Notes: generated by a model not told the origin, from the sequence alone. DNA of 47,133 nucleotides from Candidatus Berkelbacteria bacterium CG10_big_fil_rev_8_21_14_0_10_41_12 (GCA_002778735.1 PEZV01000002.1:1-47133); one strand, 5' to 3'. Positions 36,161 to 45,029 are shown, counted from the first letter of the stretch. Program-made: numbers and translations.

Positions 36161-36778
36161 TTATTTTTTGATTGATTCTTTGATGAATACTATTCCCAGG
36201 GCGACGAAGAGACCGACAAAGAGCCCAATTAGAGTGTTAATCAAAATTGGCTTAGGCGAGGCAATGACGACGGGATTAATGTAACTAACAGTAAATTCTT
36301 CACTAGCGCTCGAAAATGAAGATTCAATTTGGTATTTTGCCAATTGGGCCGAAGTCTCAATTATCTTGCCCGCTTTTTCTTTATTTGTGTTGTTGTAGTT
36401 AACCGTGACTACGGCAGCGGTCGAGACTTGTTTTTTAGCAGTAAAAATTTTTGCAAGTGATCTTAGATTTGCGCTGGGCAAATTGTAACCAGCTTTTGAA
36501 AAAACCTCACTGACAAACGATGGGGATGAAAACAGTCCGATAATTGAGTCACCTAAATCGCTCGATGCCTGAATTGAATAATATTTATCATATTCGTAAT
36601 AGTTTGCGTTGGATTGGTTGTCGGATTTTGTTTTTGCCACTGATATTGCTGTTGATGATTGGTATTCGACCGGTTTTCTCACCGTTGACCAATATGCGCC
36701 GATGACAAAAACCGCGATTATGACCACAAGCAAAATTATATTTTTCCAGATAATGCTGAGGTAATCTTTAAGTTCCAT
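36161..36778 (-). CDS. Wzz-like polysaccharide chain-length determinant protein (short)
   Basis: MELKDYLSIIWKNIILLVVI... N-terminal Wzz-type TM segment, a periplasmic middle region and a C-terminal TM segment. Confidence 0.6.
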   Translation of the reverse strand: MELKDYLSIIWKNIILLVVIIAVFVIGAYWSTVRKPVEYQSSTAISVAKTKSDNQSNANYYEYDKYYSIQASSDLGDSIIGLFSSPSFVSEVFSKAGYNLPSANLRSLAKIFTAKKQVSTAAVVTVNYNNTNKEKAGKIIETSAQLAKYQIESSFSSASEEFTVSYINPVVIASPKPILINTLIGLFVGLFVALGIVFIKESIKK

Positions 36779-36789
36779 AATTTCTCCTT

Positions 36790-37863
36790 TTATAGGGATT
36801 TTATTATACTTAACATTTTATCCTTAAAGTGTTTCGAATCGAATTTCATAGACGATTTGATTAATTTATTTCTATCAAAACTCAGTTTCTCAAATTTCGC
36901 AATTGCAGCTCTCAAGCTTTTAGCGGTCTGATTATCAAATAATACTCCGGTTTTTTTATCCTCTATAATTTCCAGTATACCACCTTTTTTGTAACCGATT
37001 ACCGGAGTACCGGCCGCAAGCGATTCGACTGGCACTATACCGAAATCTTCATCGGCGCAGAAAATTGTGGCTCGCGCTTGACAGTAAAGATGTACTTTTT
37101 CTCTTTCACCAATCTGACCTGTAAATGTAATTTCATTACCGGCAATTCTTTTAAGTTTTTTCAGTTCGGGTCCGGATCCGGCAATAATCAATTTTCTGCC
37201 AATATTTTTACATGCTTTAATTGCCAAATCGATTTTCTTATATGCAATGAGGCGGCTGATAGTAAAGTAGTAATCGCGCCGAGAGGAAGTTTTAACGTTT
37301 TTGAAAAGATCGGTAGCAATTGGGGGATAGACAACTTTGCTTTCACAACCATAATATTTTTTTATTCTCAGGGCGCTATTTTGGGAGTTCGCAATAAACT
37401 GATCAACGGATTTATTTGATTTTAAATCCCATTTTTTTAGCCATTTTATGATGAGATTTCCCAAGGGCAACTTTGCAAGTCTGTTATCTAAATCCGGTTC
37501 CCAAACGTATCTCATAGGAGTATGGCAATAACAAATATGTCTTGAACCGGAGGGTTTTTTTATTCCTTTTCCAAAGGCAGATGAGCTTGAAATAATAAGA
37601 TCATATCCCTCCAGATTTAGACTGGAAATTGCCATAGGGAGAAGAAAAAGTGCAAGTTGATGAATTTTGTTGAGAACAGGTATCTTTTGCAGAAAACTTG
37701 TTTTTACCCTTCGTTTTTTTAATTTAGGGTGATTACTGGGGTCAAAAACGGTAGTAAATATGTCGGCTTGGGGAAACATTTTTGCCAACTCGTAAACAAC
37801 TACTTCGGCACCGGCTCGGCTTGTTAGCCATTCGGCAACAATAGCGATTTTTTTAGGTTTCAT
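36790..37863 (-). CDS. glycosyltransferase family 4 (GT-B)
   Basis: KIAIVAEWLTSRAGAE N-terminus and the C-terminal EDFGIVPVESLAAGTPVIG motif. Confidence 0.8.
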   Translation of the reverse strand: MKPKKIAIVAEWLTSRAGAEVVVYELAKMFPQADIFTTVFDPSNHPKLKKRRVKTSFLQKIPVLNKIHQLALFLLPMAISSLNLEGYDLIISSSSAFGKGIKKPSGSRHICYCHTPMRYVWEPDLDNRLAKLPLGNLIIKWLKKWDLKSNKSVDQFIANSQNSALRIKKYYGCESKVVYPPIATDLFKNVKTSSRRDYYFTISRLIAYKKIDLAIKACKNIGRKLIIAGSGPELKKLKRIAGNEITFTGQIGEREKVHLYCQARATIFCADEDFGIVPVESLAAGTPVIGYKKGGILEIIEDKKTGVLFDNQTAKSLRAAIAKFEKLSFDRNKLIKSSMKFDSKHFKDKMLSIIKSL

Positions 37864-39299
37864 CAGTAACTACCCTTTCCAAATAAAACCGCTCTAATGG
37901 TTCGCAGTATTATGTAGAAGTCGAGCCAAATAGTCCAATTCTCAAGATAAAAAATATCGAGTATTGCTTCCTCGTCGAAGGTCAAATCACTTCTTCCCGA
38001 TATTTGAGCAACTCCAGTAATCCCCGGTTTTATTAAAAGGAGCTTTCTTTGCTCTGGCGTATAGTTTTTTACTTCTTTTGGTTGGTGAGGCCTGGGTCCT
38101 ACAACACTCATATTCCCCGCCAGAACATTAAAAAATTGTGGTAGTTCGTCCAAGCTGGTTCGTCTCAAGAAATTGCCAATCGGGGTGACTCGCGGATCGT
38201 TATATATTTTGTATACAGCGCTGCCTTTTTTAAGATTTTGTTTTTGGATTAAGGTATCCTCGAATTTCTCAGCGCGGGTTCCACCATAAAGTTTGCCAGT
38301 GCAATACTCTATGTACATTGTTCTAAATTTTAGTGTTTCAAACTCGCCTTTATCCCCGATGCGGATATTTCTATAAACTATAGGTCCCTTCGAGGTCGTT
38401 TTAATAATAACTGAGATTACCAGATAAACAGGGGATAAAATTATTATTGCAAAGATGGATATAATTGCATCGCAAAGACGTTTTGCAATCCACCCCCAGC
38501 CATCCAGTGCTGTTCCCCGAAATTCAATTATTGGCAATCCGGCAAAGTTATCATATTCAAGTGTTTTGACGCCGGCTTGTGCATATGTTGGTACTGATTT
38601 GAAACCCACCCCGTTTTCTTGACAGGTTCGCAGATAGTTAAATAACATTTCATCATCCACTTTGTTGTCAGTAACTATAACTTCATCGGCCTTGTATTTT
38701 TTTATAATTTTTTCAAGTTCTGCAGTTGGTCCGAGATTTTCAATTACGCTCTTCGGGTTATTTTTGTCGCTGATATATCCAATTATCCGGTATCCCAGTG
38801 AGGGCTTGTTTTTAACCTGCTGAATTATCCGAAGTGTTGTCGGATTGATTTCACCAAGCAGTATCAATTTACGTTTTCCAATATTAAACAAAAGCAAACT
38901 GGTCTTAACAAGATGCAGTATTGTGCGTTCCGCCAAGACAAAAATAATAGCTAAAATCCAGATGTAAAATACGATTAACCTTGAAAAGAAATCGCTGCGA
39001 TTGAGAAAAACCCAGAGGACAAGAATCATAGCGCCCAAGCTTGCACTAGTTATAATCTGTCCAATCTCAGCAAGCCCTTTTCTTTTGACAGAATAGGGAC
39101 CCGAGATGATAAAAACCAAAATCCAAAGTGGAGTCATGATGAGAGCTAACTTCAAGTATTGTTCAAATGGCCAGATGTATATTACAGGAAGAATTAACGA
39201 ACTTGATCTGGCGAAATAAGCTACAATAAAAGCGGCAAATATCATAATGAAATCTGCCGGTATCAAGATCACGGAAAAAAATTGATCAAATTTTTTCAT
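37863..39299 (-). CDS. polyprenyl-phosphate sugar phosphotransferase (WbaP/bacterial sugar transferase family)
   Basis: Four or five N-terminal TM helices. C-terminal catalytic domain has RIGDKGEFETLKFRTM and DELPQFFNVLAGNMSVVGPRP. Confidence 0.88.
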   Translation of the reverse strand: MKKFDQFFSVILIPADFIMIFAAFIVAYFARSSSLILPVIYIWPFEQYLKLALIMTPLWILVFIISGPYSVKRKGLAEIGQIITSASLGAMILVLWVFLNRSDFFSRLIVFYIWILAIIFVLAERTILHLVKTSLLLFNIGKRKLILLGEINPTTLRIIQQVKNKPSLGYRIIGYISDKNNPKSVIENLGPTAELEKIIKKYKADEVIVTDNKVDDEMLFNYLRTCQENGVGFKSVPTYAQAGVKTLEYDNFAGLPIIEFRGTALDGWGWIAKRLCDAIISIFAIIILSPVYLVISVIIKTTSKGPIVYRNIRIGDKGEFETLKFRTMYIEYCTGKLYGGTRAEKFEDTLIQKQNLKKGSAVYKIYNDPRVTPIGNFLRRTSLDELPQFFNVLAGNMSVVGPRPHQPKEVKNYTPEQRKLLLIKPGITGVAQISGRSDLTFDEEAILDIFYLENWTIWLDFYIILRTIRAVLFGKGSY

Positions 39300-39361
39300 T
39301 TTTTGTTTATATTTATAGCAGATTAGAGGTTTTTAATCAATTAGATTAGACTATTTTAACG

Positions 39362-39390
39362 AAAAACTCTGCCCCGGGGACAGAGTTTTT
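39362..39390. terminator. palindromic intrinsic terminator
   Basis: AAAAACTCTGCCCC/GGGGACAGAGTTTTT. Confidence 0.7.
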
Positions 39391-39408
39391 CGTGTATAAA
39401 ACTATTAT

Positions 39409-39609
39409 CTATTTTGATTTTTTGAGCATCGGAAGGCCGGTTCTCGAGTTTTCCATCACCGAGTAGCCATCTGGCAGCTCGCAAGCATTATCTTTTGCTT
39501 CTCTTGCGAAATAGTAGATGACCTGTTTTCTTCCGCCTCTCAACGTTACCTCTTTCGAGTGTAAGTAGTATGTCTCGCCAGTCTTTTGTGATTTTACGCT
39601 GTACGCCAT
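39409..39609 (-). CDS. small conserved hypothetical protein
   Basis: 66 aa, MAYSVKSQKTGETYYLHSKEVTLRGGRKQVIYYF.... ATG 39609 is preceded by the extended SD GGGGGGTGAT. The track begins at GTG 39618. Confidence 0.6.
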   Translation of the reverse strand: MAYSVKSQKTGETYYLHSKEVTLRGGRKQVIYYFAREAKDNACELPDGYSVMENSRTGLPMLKKSK

Positions 39610-39664
39610 TAATATCACCCCCTTCCTATATTTTTATGTTCTCACCTGATTATATGGTATGCTA

Positions 39665-40108
39665 CTATGTTGTCAACCCTTCCGTATCTATTTTTGTGTC
39701 AATTCCCATGTCAGCACTTAGCATTTTTGTATAAATAATAGGGGTAATTACCGCTACTGCATAACTTAATCCTATATACCACTGGGAATATATCTTTCCG
39801 CTATTTCCCTCAAAGAGTAAATTAATAACAAGAAAATCTAAAAGAGCAAATGTGACTAATAAGATTATAGAATAGGAAAGTGCAGATTTTACATTGTGGA
39901 AATGGTGCTTTCTCATGGCGAAATAAATTCCACTCAGGATAAAAACAATATAGATTATCCCGATATAATAACTTGATTCACTGGATCCCTGCGAGATCAA
40001 AAATCCGATAAGCAAGTTTGCAATTAACCAGATTATTGTTGCATCTATTACATTTCGCCAGCTTACCTTGGGAATCCTTTGAATTGTCAGTGATATTTTT
40101 TCTTTCAT
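39665..40108 (-). CDS. hypothetical integral membrane protein (4 predicted TM)
   Basis: 147-aa hydrophobic ORF. No family recognised. Confidence 0.55.
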   Translation of the reverse strand: MKEKISLTIQRIPKVSWRNVIDATIIWLIANLLIGFLISQGSSESSYYIGIIYIVFILSGIYFAMRKHHFHNVKSALSYSIILLVTFALLDFLVINLLFEGNSGKIYSQWYIGLSYAVAVITPIIYTKMLSADMGIDTKIDTEGLTT

Positions 40109-40124
40109 TTTAGCTCCTTAATTA

Positions 40125-40805
40125 TCATTTAAGATAATCAAACCTCAAAGAAAGCATCTCGTCAATAGGTTTATAATTTTTGCGGTGAATGTCACAAGGC
40201 CCAAATTTTCTTATTTTCTCGAGGTGATCCCTTGTTCCGTAACCACAATTTTGTCCCCACCCGTATTTCGTGTATTGTTCTTTAGTTGAAAGTTTTTCCA
40301 TAAGATTATCTCTTGTTACCTTTGCAATTATTGAAGCAGCGGCGATAGACGCAGATATTTCATCTCCTTTGGTTATCGAGAATTGATCGATGTTAGTGTT
40401 TGGAAGTTTGTAGAAATCAAGGAGTAAAAAGTCCGGCTGGGGATTTAGCAATTTTATTGCTCTCAAGTAAGAAATATAAGTAGCTTCTTGGATCCCAACA
40501 TCATTTATTTCTTGGGTAGATGCAATCCCAACAGACCAAGAAATTGCCCTTTCAACTATTTTTCCAAGTAGCACTTTACGTTCATCAACCTTGAGTTTTT
40601 TTGAATCCATCACTTTAAGATTTATCCTTGAGGGAAGAATTATTGCGGCGCTGATGAGCGGACCGGCTAAAGCGCCTCGTCCCGCTTCATCAATTCCGCA
40701 CACACTAAACTTACCACAATTTTTTATTGCACGTTCAAGTTTAAAGGAAGGTCGTTTCCGATCACATGTCCGGAGCTGGCGGGACAGGAGGTTCGGGAAT
40801 TCCAT
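40125..40805 (-). CDS. rnhB: ribonuclease HII
   Basis: CGIDEAGRGALAGPL, plus downstream DSKKL and the D-containing motifs. Start is uncertain: the track opens at 40886, ATG is at 40805 and GTG at 40703. Confidence 0.85.
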   Translation of the reverse strand: MEFPNLLSRQLRTCDRKRPSFKLERAIKNCGKFSVCGIDEAGRGALAGPLISAAIILPSRINLKVMDSKKLKVDERKVLLGKIVERAISWSVGIASTQEINDVGIQEATYISYLRAIKLLNPQPDFLLLDFYKLPNTNIDQFSITKGDEISASIAAASIIAKVTRDNLMEKLSTKEQYTKYGWGQNCGYGTRDHLEKIRKFGPCDIHRKNYKPIDEMLSLRFDYLK

Positions 40806-40920
40806 TTTGTGTATCGATTGATGCACTGTTTGCATCATCAATATTTGAATTTGACTTCGTGCACCCAGAAAATGCCAAGGCAACAATAAATATTGTTGCT
40901 AAAATAAGTACCTTTTTCAA
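40762..40920 (-). CDS. small putative lipoprotein (not in ORF track)
   Basis: TTG start 4 nt after AGGAGG. MKKVLILATIFIVALAFSGC is a type II signal peptide with a lipobox Cys20. 52 aa with a Pro-rich end. lgt is present in the window. Confidence 0.6.
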   Translation of the reverse strand: MKKVLILATIFIVALAFSGCTKSNSNIDDANSASIDTQNGIPEPPVPPAPDM

Positions 40921-40981
40921 TAATCCTCCTTTTTAATAGTTTGACAGATTATATTATAGCATTTCTATAATTATTTCAAAC

Positions 40982-41296
40982 TTATGCGATCAAAGATAAA
41001 ATGATAAGAGCAACAGCTAAGGGTATAAAGATAAGCGAAAGATACTTGCTGACTCTAAAAGTTGGCTGGAGATAGAACGTAAAAAATAGAAGAGCGTTGA
41101 TGATAGATATAATAAAAAAGGTAGGTTTGTTGTAATTTAGAATCACTAAAATAATATTCATCGATGCGCCTAAAACTACCCATGCGTTAGCAGACCAGAG
41201 TTTTAGTGCCCTGATTGATCGCACTACTCCTACTGCCTCGATGAAAAATATCAAACTCAATACCGCAAAAATTGTATTTTCTACCCTCATAATCAA
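40982..41296 (-). CDS. hypothetical membrane protein (3 TM)
   Basis: 104-aa hydrophobic ORF. Confidence 0.5.
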   Translation of the reverse strand: MIMRVENTIFAVLSLIFFIEAVGVVRSIRALKLWSANAWVVLGASMNIILVILNYNKPTFFIISIINALLFFTFYLQPTFRVSKYLSLIFIPLAVALIILSLIA

Positions 41297-41314
41297 CAGT
41301 GATTGCCCCTACAA

Positions 41315-41340
41315 GAAAGAGCCTTTTTTAAGGCTCTTTC
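41315..41340 (-). terminator. intrinsic terminator after the acidic-protein gene
   Basis: GAAAGAGCC-TTTTTTAA-GGCTCTTTC. Confidence 0.65.
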
Positions 41341-41353
41341 AAGATAAGTTTTG

Positions 41354-41539
41354 TTATTCCTTTTCTTCTTCCTTTTTTTCTGCTTCACCTTCTTCCTTTG
41401 CTCCCTCGGCTTCCTCTTCTCCACCTTCGGTCACTTTCGTTGCTCCTCCGGCTACTTCTTCTTCGCCTTTCGTTTCTTCATCTGTATCTGTTGTGTCATC
41501 AGCTTGGTCATCTGCTGGTTTGTTATCCCAATCTGCCAT
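41354..41539 (-). CDS. small hyper-acidic protein
   Basis: 61 aa, MADWDNKPADDQADDTTDTDEE.... About half the residues are D/E. ATG is preceded by GGGGGGGTGAT. Confidence 0.55.
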   Translation of the reverse strand: MADWDNKPADDQADDTTDTDEETKGEEEVAGGATKVTEGGEEEAEGAKEEGEAEKKEEEKE

Positions 41540-41605
41540 TGATATCACCCCCCCCTCAATTTTGCTTTTTTAATTATAAAAACAAATTTTGCGCTAAATA
41601 CAATA

Positions 41606-41836
41606 CTATTTTTTGTTCTTTGTCTGGAATGCGAGAAGATATATGATTTCCAGTATTCCAAGTGTATTTAAAACTAAAATGATAATAAACCAGGGAAGTT
41701 GATTATTCCGTCCGGCTCGCCACAGGGCCCAACCTTTCCAGAAAATTGACCATATTAAGAGAGGCAGAAAAATATTAGCGTTGATCGGTATGGAATATGA
41801 CGATCCGATAGATGTAAATAGGTTTCCAATATTCAT
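41606..41836 (-). CDS. DUF5652-family small membrane protein
   Basis: WKGWALWRAGRNNQLPWFIIILVLNTLGILEIIYL matches my recollection of the DUF5652 core. Confidence 0.65.
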   Translation of the reverse strand: MNIGNLFTSIGSSYSIPINANIFLPLLIWSIFWKGWALWRAGRNNQLPWFIIILVLNTLGILEIIYLLAFQTKNKK

Positions 41837-41884
41837 TTAAACCTTATTTCCTTATCTCCAGCTTTATTATAAACAAAATGGTTA

Positions 41885-42496
41885 CTATAATAAAGTTCTT
41901 TTGTCAAGGAATTTCATGCGGTTATAAATTTCTCGGGTCAAGCGTACATCTTGTTTGCAATATTCTAAAATTTTTTTAATCTTGCCAGCCTTAAATGTAT
42001 CGTAGACCTTATCGCCTGAGAGACCTAATTTTGAAGTTTTAAGATTTAGGATTTTCGAGAGAGTATCTAAACTGATTGAGCTATTGGCCCAATATTCCCA
42101 TTCACGCATTGTATCATAGATTGGGCTGCTGCGGTATCTCGCAAAAGATAATATTTGGGATGGTCTAACGGCATTTATAATAGATCGTTTATAAATGTAG
42201 CGCAGATCAAAATCCATTACGTTATGCCCAATAAATAGGTCAACGTTTTTTGCTATATCCCAGAATTTTTCCAAAATCTCTTTTTCGCGTTTGCTATATA
42301 TTATATCTATACGCTCGTTGTCTTTAGCATACCCGATGCAAAGAATCCTCCCAAAGTTACCGTCTAACGCACTCCTTCGGAAAAAGGTCTCAAAATCTTC
42401 TTTTTGGACGAACTGCTTATCGTATTTTTCCTTGAAATATTCCCGATATTTATCTGGTGCGGGAATGGTTTCAATATCTAAAAATAATTTATTCAT
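41885..42496 (-). CDS. DEDDy 3'-5' exonuclease, PolB-exonuclease-like (RNase H fold)
   Basis: LDIETIP (DxE), GHNVMDFDLRY, YCKQDVRLT (Yx3D). Overlaps the lysK 3' end by 8 nt. Confidence 0.7.
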   Translation of the reverse strand: MNKLFLDIETIPAPDKYREYFKEKYDKQFVQKEDFETFFRRSALDGNFGRILCIGYAKDNERIDIIYSKREKEILEKFWDIAKNVDLFIGHNVMDFDLRYIYKRSIINAVRPSQILSFARYRSSPIYDTMREWEYWANSSISLDTLSKILNLKTSKLGLSGDKVYDTFKAGKIKKILEYCKQDVRLTREIYNRMKFLDKRTLL

Positions 42497-44057
42497 TTAT
42501 ATCGAGTAAATTGGTAACTTTTTCCTTACCGAGAGCGAGAAAAAAAGTGTTTAATCTTGGGCCTGTTTCTTGTCCGATTAACAGCATATAAATATTTTTG
42601 AAAAATTTTCTTTGGATTTTTTTAAGTTCTTGGGTGTCTTGAGTTTGTGATTTGGGAATATCATACAATAAATTCATCAGAGCTTCCTCGCTCCAATGCT
42701 GGTCAAGTTTTTTAATGAGTTTTTTAATCATTTCTTTTTGCCCTTGGGGCAATTTGGCGAAATAGTCTTTATTGGCGTTACTCTCGACACTGACGCGATA
42801 CTCGGGAGGGGCATAATTTTCAGTCCAATTAAGTGCGCTATTAAATCTCGCGTCTAAATTATCTTGGCTAAATTTAGCACCGGCTTTTTTAAGAAGTTTT
42901 TCGAGCTCGGTCCTGTTGCCTTTAGTGAGTTGGACAAATGAAGCAAGCTGTCGGAAGGAAAGACTGTTTGGTTTGATTTTTCTGCCGGGTTTGATTTGAC
43001 TATAAAAACCGATCTGTTTTTCTTCGTCTGTTGCCGAGTTTGTAGAGATTTTTCCTGCGAACCGATCAAATTCAGCGTAGTTTTTTAGAATTTGCTGATC
43101 AAAGGCAAAATTTAACATAGATAGAGGTTTAGTCTTGGCATAAAACCACCTTATTATTTCGGGTTCGTAGATGGCTAAGAGGTCGGAGATTTTTATTACA
43201 TTGCCGAGTGAACTTGACATTTTGGCATTCATCCCGACTATGCCGATAAATTCATACGCTTGATATACGGGTGCAGGATTATTAAATATTTCCTGAGATA
43301 TTTTACTTGCGACATCAAACGATCCACCCCGTGTGGAATGTTCTTTACCACCCGGTTCAAATGAGACTTTTTCATAACTCCACCTCATTGGCCAGTCAAT
43401 TTTCCATACTAACTTGCCAATATTTTTTTTGGAAATATCCGCGGTTTCTTTGTGAGAGCACTTGCATTCGTAACTGACAAGATTTTCCCCATCATAATCT
43501 GTTATCTTTGTGGAATCCTTATTACAGGCTTCGCAATAAACCGTTAGGGGATAATATTTTTCAATATCTTCTTTGGAGAAATCTTGCACTTTGAAGTTAA
43601 ATAGGATTCTGGCAATTTCTTTTCTCCTTTGAAGAGCTATTTTGATGAGAGGATAATATTTATTATCCAAATACATCTTGTGCTGATAAATAAAGCGAGG
43701 ACGAATCCCGACTTTGGCAAGATCTTTTTCAACATCTTTTTCGAAGTGTACCGAATACGAATCATGGCAGCCATAAGGGTCTGGCACTTTATAGAGTGGC
43801 ATACCGATATATTTAGAGAATTCTTCCGGAACGCCCTTGGGAATTTTGCGCAGCCGGTCGTAATCGTCCCAAGAACAGATAAATTCGGCATCTTTGCCCG
43901 CTTCCTTTAAGCCGCGAAAAACAAATTCGCTGGTGATGGCATCGCGCAAGTTGCCGATGTGAACTATGCCAGAAGGAGTAATTCCGGCCGCACAGACATA
44001 TTTGTCTGTTTTTTTAGTGTCAATTATTTTTTTTACACACTCGTCAATCCAGTACAT
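42489..44057 (-). CDS. lysK: lysine--tRNA ligase, class I
   Basis: Rossmann class I signatures PSGIVHIGNLRD (HIGH) and KMSSSLGN (KMSKS). 522 aa with the class I LysRS layout. Confidence 0.9.
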   Translation of the reverse strand: MYWIDECVKKIIDTKKTDKYVCAAGITPSGIVHIGNLRDAITSEFVFRGLKEAGKDAEFICSWDDYDRLRKIPKGVPEEFSKYIGMPLYKVPDPYGCHDSYSVHFEKDVEKDLAKVGIRPRFIYQHKMYLDNKYYPLIKIALQRRKEIARILFNFKVQDFSKEDIEKYYPLTVYCEACNKDSTKITDYDGENLVSYECKCSHKETADISKKNIGKLVWKIDWPMRWSYEKVSFEPGGKEHSTRGGSFDVASKISQEIFNNPAPVYQAYEFIGIVGMNAKMSSSLGNVIKISDLLAIYEPEIIRWFYAKTKPLSMLNFAFDQQILKNYAEFDRFAGKISTNSATDEEKQIGFYSQIKPGRKIKPNSLSFRQLASFVQLTKGNRTELEKLLKKAGAKFSQDNLDARFNSALNWTENYAPPEYRVSVESNANKDYFAKLPQGQKEMIKKLIKKLDQHWSEEALMNLLYDIPKSQTQDTQELKKIQRKFFKNIYMLLIGQETGPRLNTFFLALGKEKVTNLLDINE

Positions 44058-44162
44058 ATTAAAAAGTTAAAAGTTGAAAGTCAATAACCAGAAAATTTAA
44101 TAACCTTTGTCTTTATCGATTTTACTAACTTAATTATTCCATTTTATCAGGAGAAAGTCAAA

Positions 44163-44187
44163 GGGCCTGATGCAATGCATCAGGCCC
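44163..44187 (-). terminator. GC-rich intrinsic terminator closing island 2
   Basis: GGGCCTGATGC-AAT-GCATCAGGCCC (11-bp stem), followed on the minus strand by TTTGACTTTCTCC. Confidence 0.7.
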
Positions 44188-44191
44188 ACGG

Positions 44192-44890
44192 CTATGCTAT
44201 AGCGGATGTTGCGGCTGGTATGGGAAGCTCAAGTTGGTCAACAGACAGGCCTTTTGCGGAGATCCGGTCGATCTCTGCTACCAGTTTGTCATAGGCGTCA
44301 AGATGCTCGACCAGGATCAGTGCTCGGCAGTCCCTGAACATTGGGAGGTAGTAGTCGCGCGTCTTGCGGTAACAGTTGGCGCGGCGCCTTTCGGCGTTTG
44401 AGGTGGCGTTAACGATAAAGTCGTCGGCGGTGAGGACATTGTGCCAACAGTCGAGGAGCTTGGCGAAGATTACTCGCCAATTGTTTGACGAGCGCATCTG
44501 CGCGACGTAGAGAACCATTGCCTCGTGTTGGCTCAGCTTACCTCGCTTGATTTTCGTGAGCGCGATGACCGCCATGGCGATCTCGATGCCGAAATACTCG
44601 GTTAATATCTCGGCGTTGACGTTATTGCCTTCTTCCAGTACGTCGTGCAGGCCAGCGATACATATCAGCGCGAAGTCACTGACTTCCCTCAGAGCTTCAA
44701 GTGTGCAGGCATAGGCGTGTTCGCACGCCGGCTGCCTTGAAGCCCTGAACTTGCCATAGAGCGCGGTGGTAATGACGTGGCCGAGTCTGGCGACGCGAGC
44801 TATGTCTTCTCCTGGACGTGTATCCAGATGAAACTCGCGCTGGAACTCGACCATACTGGGACTTCCGGGTTGCTTTGAGGCGGCGAACAC
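44192..44890 (-). CDS. HD-domain protein, SpoT/Mesh1-type small alarmone hydrolase-like
   Basis: G+C-rich. AGLHDVLEEGNNVNAEILTEYFGIEIAMAVIALTKIK resembles SpoT ALLHDVVEDT...I...FG..VA.LV.GVTK. AKLLDCWHNVLT resembles KLADRLHNMRTL. I prefer GTG 44890 (AGGAGG 6 nt upstream); the track begins at TTG 44911. Confidence 0.7.
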   Translation of the reverse strand: MFAASKQPGSPSMVEFQREFHLDTRPGEDIARVARLGHVITTALYGKFRASRQPACEHAYACTLEALREVSDFALICIAGLHDVLEEGNNVNAEILTEYFGIEIAMAVIALTKIKRGKLSQHEAMVLYVAQMRSSNNWRVIFAKLLDCWHNVLTADDFIVNATSNAERRRANCYRKTRDYYLPMFRDCRALILVEHLDAYDKLVAEIDRISAKGLSVDQLELPIPAATSAIA

Positions 44891-44941
44891 TTTATGCCTC
44901 CTATCTGTCAAGATTCGACCCCGCTAAGCGGGGGGTTATAC

Positions 44942-44967
44942 AAAAACAGTCCCGTCAAGCGGGACTG
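44942..44967 (-). terminator. terminator-like hairpin inside the leader of the HD gene
   Basis: Minus strand reads CAGTCCCG-CTTGA-CGGGACTG followed by TTTTTGT. A second related hairpin, CCCCGC-TTA-GCGGGG, lies at 44919-44933. Confidence 0.55.
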
Positions 44968-45029
44968 TCAATCGGCATAGTGATAGCAAGTTTGGGTTTG
45001 TGCATTTGTACTTTTGCCATCTTGCGATA

